A stretch of DNA of 64,000 bases from Fimbriosthenelais zetlandica (lineage: Eukaryota), in assembly GCA_977030845.1 (NCBI GenBank), contig OZ365109.1:13082001-13146000 (forward strand), given 5' to 3'. A program made the translations under genes and the position numbers. The notes under the pieces are model-generated. The model saw only the letters and a list, made by a program, of their open reading frames with translations. It did no database searches and was not told the DNA's origin. Positions 25,883 through 38,087 of this stretch are shown in pieces; positions within the stretch are counted from its first letter, which is position 1, and the number at the start of each line of letters is the position of its first letter.

Positions 25883-25949
25883 GGGCCGGTTTTAGAAGGA
25901 ACATTATTAATGATAAGTCTATGGGATATTTTTACGCTGAAACAGACCC
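25883..25949 (+). mobile_element. 67-bp mini-MITE, family F copy 2
   Basis: TTG|GGGCCGGTTTTAG...CTGAAACAGACCC|CTG; shares internal TATGGGA with 22406-22462. Confidence 0.55.
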
Positions 25950-26498
25950 CTGGTAGGCTAGTGCAGTAAAACATTTAGGAGCAAAAGAAGGCCCCAGTAA
26001 CGGTTTTATCTAATCCTAATGAAATACTATGTTTTAAATAATATTTGTTAATCAATTAACTTAATTAATGCATCGTTATTTCCGGGGATTATGCCGCAAT
26101 CTTGGTTATACACAAAACAGTTACAGCGAGATCTCCAGTTCAGATAGGTGTTTAATTGAAACATTTAATTTCCGCTTTTCTCCACCCAACCACTATGAAC
26201 CTGTTCAGGCTTTACATCTGTGCACGATGTTGATAGGTTATTGGAAAAAATACATGTTTTTGATATGTCGTAAAGTGTACAATATTAGAACCGAATGGTG
26301 ACCTACATAGCGCGCCTAAGCACTGGCGGCAAATTGTGGCCAACCTCCTGAAGTAGGCCTATGTTCATGCCATCATTAATCCGTGAACAAAAATTGTAAA
26401 AATAGTTTTAGTTTGCTATAGTACATGTAGATTCAACAATCTTCCTTCCATTTTCAGAGGCCTTTTCATCAAATTCAAATTACGCGTGATGAATTGCG

Positions 26499-26508
26499 GT
26501 CACGTGAC
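26499..26508. promoter_or_regulatory. GTCACGTGAC palindrome (USF / MiT-TFE CLEAR-type E-box)
   Basis: Exact 10-bp palindrome in a small CpG patch (ACGCGT at 26482); donor-like GAT|GTAAGT at 26531. Confidence 0.45.
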
Positions 26509-27824
26509 TTTCCGATCGCATCAATGCGATGTAAGTAAAACATTCATGTCATTTCTTTGAATTTTTAAGTTGTCAGGGCTATGATAATGTAGGCATATGT
26601 AATTTTTTCAGCTGAAATTTCAAATCCCAGAGCTATCAATCTTTCTCAATTAATTGCTGTTAAAAATGAATTGGAATTGGCAATAATTAACCGCATTGTC
26701 CTCGGACAATGAAAAACAACGAAAAAGTTAGCTTTATTATGGGAGGAGTGCCCACCCCCGCCTTTAGTATTAATATTAACGCTACCGAATGCTTGGAATC
26801 CTATTGATGTGGTTAAAAATAATTCCCCTCACTTCATTTTGTTTTAAGAGCTTTAAAACTCCCGTCCAACATAATGGCTCGTGCATGGACCACTCTGGAA
26901 AATGTTTTCCCATGGATTAATTCATCTTTAATCAAAACCAGAATTAATATTTCCATCCGCGTGGTCGTCCAGAACTCAAACTGTCAGTAGCATCAGATGA
27001 CCACCCCTCTCAAGCCTCTCCGAGTGGTACAACCCAACACCAAAACATGGACGCGGCGTCCCCTCGCCTTGGGCTAGTCCATTACGGAGCCAATTGTTGC
27101 TGTGAGCCAGACCGCAGTTGGACAGTGTACGAAGCAGAGCTGCAGCGCGTGGAAGAGCCATGGATGGACGAATTTTAGGCTTTTAACCTACAGATCTGGA
27201 GATATAGCGTGGACAAGGTGTAGTCTACCAGACTGTCAGGTGTATTTGTGAGTGCAGGACAGAGAAGGATTTATAATATGTCGATGGTGGCAGCTGGGAG
27301 GACCCACGAGTGTTGAGTTGTCAGGCCGTGCGTGCCTTGGCCGGCCGGTGGAGCCCCACGTCCCGATACAAGATAACACAGGAGGCGGTCTATTCCACCG
27401 GAGAGTTAAGATCAGTTAAGGGGTGTAGCTTTTACCACGAGGACCTTTCATTCATTGCCCTCAAAATCAAAATATACCACCATCTCTTGTCTTGTCTTCC
27501 CGAACGGAGCTTCACTTTGGATTAACACAAGTCTCAATCTTTGTTAAATTTGATTTTACTTGAATTAATTTTACATTTGCTGGGACTGTGTATTGAAGTG
27601 GATACTCTGTTGAGGATTCAGCCTCCTGGAACATATTGGAATGTTACCAGTGTGATTCCTGCACCTTCCCACCCCACCAATCCACAATGTAAATCCCACA
27701 ACCCAAGCATCTCCTAAATGAGTGTCACATTTTAAAGCTGGAATTTGGAGGAGTCATTGCCAAATTCCCATTTTCATCGCAATATGGGTATACCAACGAA
27801 AACAACTGGACCACACACTTTTAG

Positions 27825-28279
27825 GCCTACCACCAAGAATACAATAGTTGATGAGCTTCTGCTGCAGATGCAGGAGGTGGTGGGGAAATATAAAGATCTG
27901 GAGTTAGGTGGGGCTGCTACTGGAGAAGGAGGAGGAGGAGAGGCAGAAACAAGGAAAGCAAAACCAGGAGCAGCAGCAAAGGTAGATTCAGTAGAGTGTG
28001 CAGCAGCTGAAACAGCCAGCCAAGCTATTACTGCTACAGCTGGCCCTGGCTCGTCTTCCCTTGTAGATGGTGGACCAGTAGAGCCAGAGGGAAGCATATT
28101 AATGAAAGAGACTGAGATGGAAGGACTACTACTACCTTGTATGGAGGGAGGAAGGCGAGCAGAGGGTGGAGGAGGAGGGAGATTTGAGACAAGTTCGGCA
28201 AGAATGGGTTTACCAGTGGTAATCTTCATCCTGGCACTCTTATTGATGACCATCGACAGAAGTGAAGGACTTCAAGCAG
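27825..28279 (+). CDS. Candidate exon ending in a signal-peptide-like segment (MGLPVVIFILALLLMTIDRSEG-LQA); secreted or membrane protein of unknown family
   Basis: GC- and purine-rich block within the 190-aa ORF; possible acceptor ttttag|G at 27825; strong phase-1 donor CAG|GTGAGT at 28280; ATG at 28204. An antisense 159-aa ORF overlaps, so strand is uncertain. Confidence 0.45.
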
Positions 28280-29411
28280 GTGAGTGGTCAATATACAATG
28301 TTTATTTTAAACAATAATATTGTTGTCATCTGACACAGCAGCGTTAAGCTAATCTTAGAGTAAATTTTACTCCAAGAGCTAATCAACAAAAGGGCACTAT
28401 TTAATGCCCTATTTAATAGATAATAAACAAAAGGGGCGCTATATAAAACTGGTATATATATAGGCTTAAATGGGGTAGGCCTATATAAGCCTAATGGGAT
28501 GAAAAAGGCTTGTAATATACCTAATATAGGTCTTTTCTCAATTCTATATTTTGTAGAATAAAATACTTAGTATTAGTGGGATAATAATATTAAATATAGA
28601 GGAGAGATGGAAACTTTAAGTTTATTGAGTGGAACATCACTACAAAATAAGTCATAGTATAGGCTACTTTCTCAACATAATCTGATTTCTTTCGTATCGA
28701 TTAACTAAGAAAATCAAAGCTTTGCTAGGAGTTCAAAGAATAACCATCGGGAATTGAATACCAATACTCTGGTCGCTCTAAGAAAACAAATAATAGCCAT
28801 GTTAGGACAAGTGTTTGTGGTCAAGCAATAACAAACAATGCCACAATAGTCAATCCCAATCTGAACAACCATGGACAAATATTACCTAATTTCAACTCAG
28901 GTTTTGAGTCGGGAATCTACAAAGGCATTCTTGTCACATTACATCGGCTTTGTTGTTCCACTCTGTTCCATTGCAGCTGTTGAGGTAAAAGAGTCCAGTT
29001 GGGAACACTAGTTTTGGTGAATATTTATAAGCCCCTAGTAATTACACCCTAGGCTTCACACCCCCGCCCCATGCATTACGTTCATCTGGCTGAAGCCAAG
29101 TTTTTTAATGAGATTCAGTGAAAAAAATCATAATTGCCTAATCCCCAGATTATAAACCCAGTGGGAATTGCACTTTAAAGCAGATTAGAATCCTTACCAC
29201 AAGTGCTTGAACCTGTCCGTCTTGCTAGGGGAGAAAAATAATCACAGAAGAAAATGGGATTTGATTACAACTACTTCTCTATAGCAAGACTCCATGCAAA
29301 CACGAACATGGCATAAAATGTAGGCCAGGGCAATGCTAATAGAATCCTGCATCCATAGGATTGCAATTTCCCCCTCTTTATTGGAAATCCAATACATTAT
29401 TTTTATTTTAG

Positions 29412-29451
29412 AGCAAAATGCCCTTTTTCGCTGTCAAAGCTCCGACTCCGA
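29412..29451 (+). CDS. Candidate exon 2 of the + strand model (EQNALFRCQSSDSE)
   Basis: ttatttttattttag| acceptor; CGA|GTGAAG donor; phase 1 to 2 fits the 28279 donor. Confidence 0.2.
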
Positions 29452-29801
29452 GTGAAGTTATTGCTCCATGCTTCTGGAGGAGAAAAGCCCTTTGACTAAA
29501 ATACGACCCAATGACCAGGCTTGTTTCAAGTTTTCACTGTCAAGGAAATCAAGTACAACAAGCTAGGAACCTTTGAAAAGCTTATTAAAGCTGGATTATG
29601 ACAGAAATGGGTTGATCAATAGTGCTACTATTCTTTCCCCTTGGAGAGTTTTCCATGTCATTAAATTTCATCAATTGTCCATAATGTCGCCAGTTTCTTG
29701 CCTTTCCCCCATGAGGAGTATTGACCGAGAAATCATTTCCACTTTGGACTCATAATACCATTTGTGCAAGACTTATTCCCTGAGAATTATGCTGCCTACA
29801 G

Positions 29802-29871
29802 ACATTTGGACCCGGATTACAGTCAGAAGGAAGAATTTCTAATCCCATTTAGTGGACACTTTGGGCGGACG
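29802..29871 (+). CDS. Candidate exon 3 of the + strand model (HLDPDYSQKEEFLIPFSGHFGRT)
   Basis: ctgcctacag| acceptor; ACG|GTAATG donor; only the phase 2 to 0 frame is open. Confidence 0.25.
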
Positions 29872-29998
29872 GTAATGAATCTTTTCCACCATTGTAACAT
29901 GATATTTTAAGAGGCAGGAGGGGGTCTTTCTCCTCCCCTGCACCAGCATCTCCCAGCCTTTTGATTACCTCATGCTTCGGCTTTTCTCTCTTGCATAG

Positions 29999-30193
29999 CA
30001 TGAGTTTAACGGGTGGGTAGAAATTTCACTCCGTCCTTCCCATAGTGAAAGAATGGAAGGTCTATGGCCTGTGACTGGGCAAAAATGGCCATTGAAATTG
30101 GATTTGGTTGGTGCGCTCTGTAGAATGGAATCAAATTATGCCCATGATAGCTCCCGAATTGGTCTTTTAATATTCCAGTTTCACCCAAAATAA
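29999..30193 (+). CDS. Candidate terminal exon of the + strand model (HEFNGWVEISLRPS...FQFHPK*)
   Basis: Strong acceptor cttttctctcttgcatag|; 64 open codons in phase 0; AATAAA at 30302. Confidence 0.25.
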   Translation, partial: HEFNGWVEISLRPSHSERMEGLWPVTGQKWPLKLDLVGALCRMESNYAHDSSRIGLLIFQFHPK

Positions 30194-30361
30194 GCCTCAG
30201 TGGTACTTGGAACACATCCGTATGAACTTACAAGGTCTATTCAATTTTATATAACGTCTAGAGCTCCTTCCAACCTTCCTTAGAAAAGACTATTATTATT
30301 AAATAAATGATAAAAAGTTGCTCAAATTAAAGTACATGTACCTCAAATTATGAACACTTAC

Positions 30362-30429
30362 CTGGTTCTATCGGGTGATATTAAAGGAACTTTTCTCTTG
30401 GCATCATCCAATCGTTCAAGAATCATGTA
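30362..30429 (-). CDS. Candidate internal exon (YMILERLDDAKRKVPLISPDRT)
   Basis: attaaacag| acceptor and perfect CAG|GTAAGT donor; phase 0 to 2 open. Confidence 0.3.
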
Positions 30430-32707
30430 CTGTTTAATGAACTCAACTTTAAGTGTGTATTAAGACCTGATATATAGAAATTAAATATGATCATCCATGT
30501 TATTGATATTTGGATGACACTTTTCAGAATTTCTGCAAATGTCATTCTTGATTATTCACTGCCCCTCCCCTAAAATGTCAAACATATCTTGTGTCCTTCT
30601 CTCTCCTCTCCAATAATATGAGCAGGTCCATTTTGCTGAGACAAAAACATGTTGAGATTGATTATTAATACACTAAGATATTGATCTCACATGGTGAGTT
30701 GGGGGACGTCCAATGTTATATATGACCGTCTAGACACCCCAGTGAATAATAGGGTCGGACCCTCAGTGACTGGGTTATTTCACAGTTGTCACCTCCCCTG
30801 CACACTGCCAGTGACCTCCAAAACCAAAACTGTGTCTGCATCGATTCTTTCTGCTCATTTGTAAGGCCCCCTGTTCTTTGTTGATACTACTTGGTGATGG
30901 AATTCAAGCAGAGCTCGCCTGGCTATTTCAATATTTACACGAGAGAATAGCCCCATGGGTTCTTGATACATGCAGGGAGAGATGCTTGATCTTACAGTAA
31001 CATATTGCCTTTTATTTTTACTCTTAGGAGTTGACGAATTGGAGATCCTTCAATGGGTCAAAAACCATATGTTAAGTTGTCTTTGAACAAAGTAGATTTT
31101 TCTTCGTATATACCACCCGTATACAACAACATCCCGGTTCCTGAGGTGGGAATTGGGTGACCCTACATTCCAGTGGTAACAAGAATGCAATGGGTTATTT
31201 ACCAAACAGGGGCCTATCGGATGTCCTTAGAGTCACTAACGAGATATTATTGCGGTCCTATTGCAAGGCCTACAGTACTTTGTCACTTCCCAATTGGGAC
31301 ATGTCCCAATGTTGGGGTGACAAAAATCCAGATTGTTCTGATTATAATCTATTATGGAGACCTGTTTGACACATTTCCTCTTGTATTATGTAACATGCCA
31401 TGTGCATTAGTTGTACACTGCGCCATCCCATTGTTACACCCATCTCGATTGCAGCATCAAAAAGATTAATGAAAGATAGGTTCATTGAATTCTGATATCT
31501 CCCTATCTCTTTGACACGAGTCCAAATGTTTCTATAGTAATAAATGACCAAAAGGTCGTAGGTTGCAGCATTGCCAGAACTGTGAAGGTATTGTATTGGG
31601 TAATGGATTCTTGCAAAATATCTGCACTCCTTTGTCTTGAAATATAAAACATATGGTATGATTTAGAGTCTCTATGCATTAGTATACCTATAGAGACATG
31701 GTATGTGGCTATTACATCGGATTTATTCAGGTAGTACACTCGCACACAAAACTCCTTAGCAAACATAAAGCATCTATGACTGCATTATCTATGTGCTTGA
31801 GGGCTTTAGGGCAGGATCCAGCCAGTGATCCTCCTGAGCTCTGCCTTGTTGATAGAGATCATCAGTCACTGTCTCTGCTACCCAGAGGAGGAAAGTGGGA
31901 GGAGTACTCTTCCCTCTGAGTCAGGCCTATTGGGTGTTAGGGGTGACCATCGGGGGATAAGATGATTCTGTCACACCAGTGATGCCCTCACCCTCTCACC
32001 CCTCCCTCCGTGGAAGGGCATTATTTAGACCTTATCGGATGTGTGGCATTATCTGGTGACTTGGTCAAATTGAGTGTTGGGATGCGTGACCTCATGGGGC
32101 CATGTGACAACATAAGATTCCCTCGCTTCCCATATAGCCGTTTGGCTGTCCCTATTTCCTTTCTGACTCCTCCTGTAATAGTAATTGTCCACCTATCTGT
32201 TTATTATTAGTCCAGCCCATATCTATCTAATAAAACATGGCTGCTATAAGATTCAGTCTCTCGAACTGCTTTCACAATATCATTGTGACTTCTATGCAGA
32301 TAAGGGTATTTGCCGATATTAGACATAACCATTTGGGACTTCCCTGTCCACTCTTCCCTCTCCCGTCCACGCCCGAGTGCAAGTGTGTGTTCCCTGCCTC
32401 TGGGACAAGAAATCAGAATCCAAACGCCCATAAGCAATTAAACCAAGATGATGATCATCCCCTCCTCATTCCCAGATGACATATTAAAGGAGGGATAAAA
32501 TCTACTGGGCTTCAGATTCATCTCGCCCTCCATTTTCCATCTGAAGTGAAAGCCATTCGTCTCCGAGCTTTATAAATCATTTCTAAGGATGACAAAACTG
32601 AAAGATCAGACTCAGCCTTCTGGATGGGTTCCAAATCCTGGACAATGTGAATGCATCATTTGTGTCTATGATTGGTTCACCGTTCCTATCACGACCATAG
32701 CCCTATG

Positions 32708-32916
32708 AGCCTGGAATACACAAATCCGATTCTCCAATCGGTCGCCATCCGATACCCTATTTCTAATGACATCGAAAGATTGAAATTTTCTCCGTGGTTA
32801 GGCTTACCTAGGTGTATACGACTTCTAATTACAAGCCTTTGCTTTCAATAGAAATATTGTTTCGGACAGCTATCGGATGGTGACGGATAGAGAATCGGAT
32901 AAGTGTGCTCCGGGCT
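32708..32916 (+). mobile_element. MITE family B copy 3
   Basis: AGCCTGGAATACACAAATCCGATTCTCC ... GAGAATCGGATAAGTGTGCTCCGGGCT|TTA; left flank does not match the right. Confidence 0.85.
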
Positions 32917-33636
32917 TTATAAGGACTGGGGGGCGGGGGTGCCTCAAGTCACGATTGTATGGGGCCGGAGGACACAATGGAAAGCTTAGCTGGATTGCAG
33001 ACTGTGATCCAAATAACAAAAGGCCAGGCTAAGGCTGGGAGATGATGAGTCTACACCTGGGTCACACCAGACGACAATTAGGACCTCCCAGCTTGAACAT
33101 GGCGGAGATATTGTTTATTGTTATTGTGGCTTCTCTCCCCTACTAGTCGAGGCAGCGAATCGTGAGCTTGAGATGATAATGCATACTCCCTCCATCCATT
33201 GACATCCCTCCCACAATCTGCCTCTTATTGTTCTCCCCTCCCCATCCTTGCGGTCAGAATGGAGTTCCCTTGATTAATGTGGCGCCATTTTACCGGATGG
33301 ACTGTAATAATGGACCCCCCCTTCCCCAAACCCTCAAACCCCTAAACAAAACCTAACCCCACCCCACCCCCGAGGGTATTCTTGATCCATCCAGGGTGCC
33401 CTATGCACACTTCTACCCCTTACCCATTCCCTCACATCCACCCTTTTCCCTTTCTCTCGTTTTCCAAACCCCTGAACAAACCCACAACCCCACCACCACC
33501 CGAGCCTATAACCAGAGAGACAACACCAGATAGTTTCTCTGCTATTAAGACATTAAGTAAAACTATTTAGACATTAACTAATACTATTTAGTATAACTTT
33601 CCACCTAAGCTTGAGATTATGTAGGGTCCCCCAGTT

Positions 33637-33905
33637 CAGGGTTCCCAATTCAGGTTTCTCAGTGTGTTTTCCAGACGGGAAACCTAAGGGAATTTGAGAA
33701 AAACTGGAAAAATCAGGGAATTTTAACCCTGACTCTGAATTTAGGATAATCTTTCGGTGATTGACGCATACAATCCCATGCCCGTCATTGAATTACAGAG
33801 ATTGCTTCACATGAATAAAATATCTTTTGGAATTTAAGGGCTTACTCGGGGAAAAAGTGAGGAAATACTCGGTGAATTCTGTTTTCCTGAACTAGTGGAA
33901 ACCTA
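33637..33905 (+). mobile_element. MITE family E copy 1 (CAGGGTTCCCA termini; superfamily uncertain, possibly hAT)
   Basis: Left CAGGGTTCCCAATTC, degenerate inverted right end; shares AATCCCATGCCCG and GGAATTTAAGGG(C/T)TTACTC with 44104-44309; no TSD seen. Confidence 0.6.
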
Positions 33906-34151
33906 TATGTACCCTTCCATCCTCCTACCCGCACCACCACCACCATATTCCCCATACATAACCGAGACTAAATGAGGGCTGGACGTCCTGTACATATCAA
34001 TCACTTTCCGTGGCGAGGTATGCATTATGATTCTGGTATTACGGAACTCCGGAGCCACTTATTGATCATGGCTACATCGATCTCCCGCTCTCTGAGACTC
34101 CCGCATCCAATATATTATTATCCTCCGCTATCCAGGTCTGGCATGGTATAT

Positions 34152-34551
34152 ATGACGTGTATTCATTAAATGAATCTAAAGTCGCAAAAATGGATTTTGA
34201 GTTAGTTGCAGTTCGTATAGATCAAATCACGAGCGTTTCAATGAAGTATTATTCTATAGCACAAAGAGATAATATTTATATTTTAATAAAATTTCAAAAA
34301 CAAAAAGTAGTGACAACGGAAACTAGAGAAAATACTCATTTCACACAATTTCAGTCCACCTGGAAGAAATCTTGAAGGGACGAGACACACACAATTTCAC
34401 TCTCAAAAATAGTCAAAAAATTGTATACGTCATAACTTGCTTTTAATGCGAAAATGCTACGAGGAATTAATAGCTTTCTACCAAAGCTTTCTGGTCCGTA
34501 GCGCAGAATGGCATAGACTCATAAATATTAGTGAAAATACTGTTACATCAC
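34152..34551 (+). mobile_element. MITE family A copy 4
   Basis: ATAT|ATGACGTGTATTCATTAAATGAATC ... ACATCAC|ATAT; perfect ATAT TSD. Confidence 0.9.
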
Positions 34552-37500
34552 ATATTATTACATACCCATACGATCGGATGATTAAAACTACCCGCAATAT
34601 CCATAACCGAGAACAGCTACAATTGTTATACTGCATACATATCCACTCATGACATGTTGACAGGTTGATTAATGCACCCATCCGACCTGCCATGCACCGC
34701 ACGAATAAATAGAACGTACGAATGAATGGAATACCCATGTTCACTCCATTTATTTGCTGATCATCATATCATCAGACCTTTTGGCCACCACTCAAATCTA
34801 CCTGAAAAGCCGCCTTGAGGGCAGGGACCCTGGTTGTTGGCACCATGTTGGTAATTATATATGCATGGCCAGACGAGCAGGTTCATATCTATAGCGACTG
34901 ACTGATCATATCATGTTCCCATTCTGATCACCATGTCCCAGGATCTGATACATTTTGTATATGTTTTCCATGCACCCACTATTGTACCAGTATAAGTGAC
35001 GCCCTTCATAGTATCAACCCATACATCATTATGGGCAATTTCAGCCTTGCATGTTGGGTCCCGAGTATTTGAGTCTCTCCCCATTTGGTATCGTTCCCAA
35101 TAAAATCATGCTGAACAAACGGATATTGTGCAATCATTTCCATTGGAGAAGCACATCAGTCATGGAATGTATTGCCTACCATGTCCATGATGGCTACAAA
35201 AACATCCATTCCTTTGACTGCAATCCTGTATAGTCTGGGCCTGTCTAAGTACCCTTTTGCATGTACTGAATTGGTGCAGTTTTACCACAGCTTATGGCTA
35301 TTAATTGTATTTTTTCATATCGATCGATTTTGTTCAGTGAACGCTTGCCTACAGGCATTTAATGTCATCATGAAATTTTCAATTTCTCTATGCATGCGAT
35401 CTAATAGCCTCAGGGTACTAATGATCAAAGTCCCCATCTACTGTTGATAAAATAGCAGTTAGAGTAAATCTCTTTCTAGGCTTCTAGCAACACAGGTTCT
35501 TGCTAATCTTTGTAATCGGCATAACCTGATTATTTATATTTGAAAGGGGACAGTGGATTGTATACCTAATAATATATGGAAACATGATAATATTTACAGG
35601 AAGCCATTGGAGGATGTTCCTGTCCCAAAAAGACAGAGTATAAAAGTGGGAAACATTCAGAGATGATTGATCTATTGGAATAAGTTGATTAATGGATCTA
35701 CATTGAAAGGTCGTTAATTAATAATGAGCCCAATGGGATTGGATATTTTATATAATTCATTAGAGAGCCTGAGCCATATTTCTGACAGTTCGCTTTCATT
35801 TACAATCGATTTTACAAGTCCATTAGTTTCTAACACATGCAGATAATGGTACTGAAATAATCATTAAAAAATAATTTAATTATCGGAAGATAATGGCGCC
35901 ACTGACCTGGTGCCCTTTGAGAATTTTATCTTTTATCGTTTCCCCTGTCAAGTCTTGCAAATTAGGAATAACCCATAAAAATGCATGTATCCTCTCTGCA
36001 TATGACATTTCTATAGTTCGGACTACAGTGGCAGGTGGTTTGTATTTTAGTATTCATAACATTTACCCAGGAATTGCTGTTCCTATTGTTGCCTTCCCAA
36101 TAAATCAGTCAGTCCACTTGAGACTCGTGTATATTTATGAGGAAAGTCTACCATTCTATCTCTATCCCTGTCTCTCCCCTTGTCTCTGGGATGAGTCTAT
36201 AACCTCCTGTGAATGTATTTATTAAGTCTCTGTCGGTATCCAGCTCTCCCCCAGAATTCGGTCAGGAGGAGTGATGCACGTGGCGATCTGGTTTATCTTG
36301 TATGATTAATGCTTTATTCCAATGTAATCGATACGAGAGCAGAGAGTGTTGATTTATTCACCAGAGGGGGCGATTAGCCATCAAAGCCTCAACATGTGCA
36401 GCATATGTTGGAGTCTCTATAATAGACAGAAGCCATGAAAGCCATGCTAAGTGCATGGTACATGTTACTTCCTGTCCACCACCACTTTAAAATGTTTCCT
36501 TCTCTCGACCTTGAACTCACCCCGTCACCTTGGCCTGCGCCCTCCTATACTAAGACCTTTGACTCGGCCTGTGTTAGGTTCGTTTTGGTCATGCCATAAC
36601 AAATGGTGAGAGGTCATAGACCAGAATATACTGTGTGAACTGCAAGGACCTTAGAGTTGCTAATGGTACATGATCAAGTATGCCATAGGCGAGGCTAAGG
36701 TGAAATGTGCGGCAGAGGTCAATTCAACCTCATGCGAACATGAAAGCCAGAAATCAAAGCTAACAATCTCTTCTTACTCGGCTATTGTGTTTGGCAAACA
36801 ATTCTTATGCCGTTTCAAGAGCGGGGTTAAGTTGGGTGGTCTCATTGAGTTTGAGTGGTGAGCATTATAGAATAGAGATGGGGTGAAATGGAGAGAGGGG
36901 GTGGTGGGTGGGCAGTTTATGTTGGAAGTCCATGCATGGACTAGCTTATAGGCCTCAAAATATACTTTGTTTGCTCTCATTCTCAGGCAGTTTCCTGTGA
37001 ACTTGAGACTGGAGGGATATATTTGTTTTGCAGTCAGAGCATGCAGGCTGGGCTAGAGATGGCATCAGTACTTGATGATGCAGCAAGTGTGTCAACAAGA
37101 TTGTGTGTGTCTTGACTCTATGGTTCGACACGCGACACCCATCTTCATATAGGAGCAGAGTATGAAATGCCTCATGCTTACAAGACCAGAAAAAAAGCTT
37201 TAGTTGGCAGATGTCGTTGGAATCACGAGTCGCTTGCTAGAGGCAGTTAGGCTTAAATAAGTGGCACCTATGATTATCTATCTGTAATGATGTCTATTGG
37301 CAAATATCACCAAATTCAAATGTACCGCCCCTTTATTGTGTGCTTGGTGCAGGCCCATGGGGTGTTTGTCGGAGCAAGTAGTACACCAACTATTGCCTGA
37401 AGCGCTGCAGGAATCTGGTTCTTTCGCTTCATAAAGGCATTAGAAATGTCAGCAGCTTCTTCTTGTTGCCATGGTGAAGGTTCGTTTGGTCAGCCAGTGG

Positions 37501-37647
37501 AAATCTAAAAAAAGATGTCCACATTATTCAAAAACCCCAGCTGGCCTGAAGCAAGAGTTGCTGGCTACTGTAGGTTGTTAGGACTAAGCTTGGTAGATTG
37601 GTTACTATAGTGATAGGCATGCAGACAGTGGACAAACATAGACATTT

Positions 37648-38044
37648 GTGATGTGTTTTCACTAAGTCGCAAAAAATGGATTTTGAGTTAGTTATAGAAT
37701 CGTATGGAGCAGAAAACGAGCGTTCCAATGATGTATAGCACAAGGAAAAATATTTATATTTAATAGAATTTCAAAATATAAAAGTAGTGACAGCGGAAAC
37801 TAGATAAAATACCCATTTCAGACAATTCTCTGTCCAACTGGGAGAAATCTTGAAGGGACCATACACGCAAAACGCTCAATTTCACTTACAAAAATAGTAA
37901 AAACCTTGTATCCTTGGTAGAATCTTGGTTGTATTTCGAAAATGCTGAGAGAAATAAGTGGCTTGTATACAACGTTTTCAGGCTTGTAGCGCCGAATGCA
38001 TGGACCTGTGCGACTTTTAGACTCATTTAGTGAAAACACATCAC
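37648..38044 (+). mobile_element. MITE family A copy 5
   Basis: ATTT|GTGATGTGTTTTCACTAA ... TTAGTGAAAACACATCAC|ATTT; perfect ATTT TSD. Confidence 0.92.
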
Positions 38045-38087
38045 ATTTAGGCCTGGGACGGGCCATCCCATACATTATCATTTATCA

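Noticed and set aside
30178-30220. + exon VSPKISLSGTWNTS reminiscent of GPR180/TMEM145 N-termini
   Set aside because: The expected following motifs were not found downstream, so no gene symbol was assigned.
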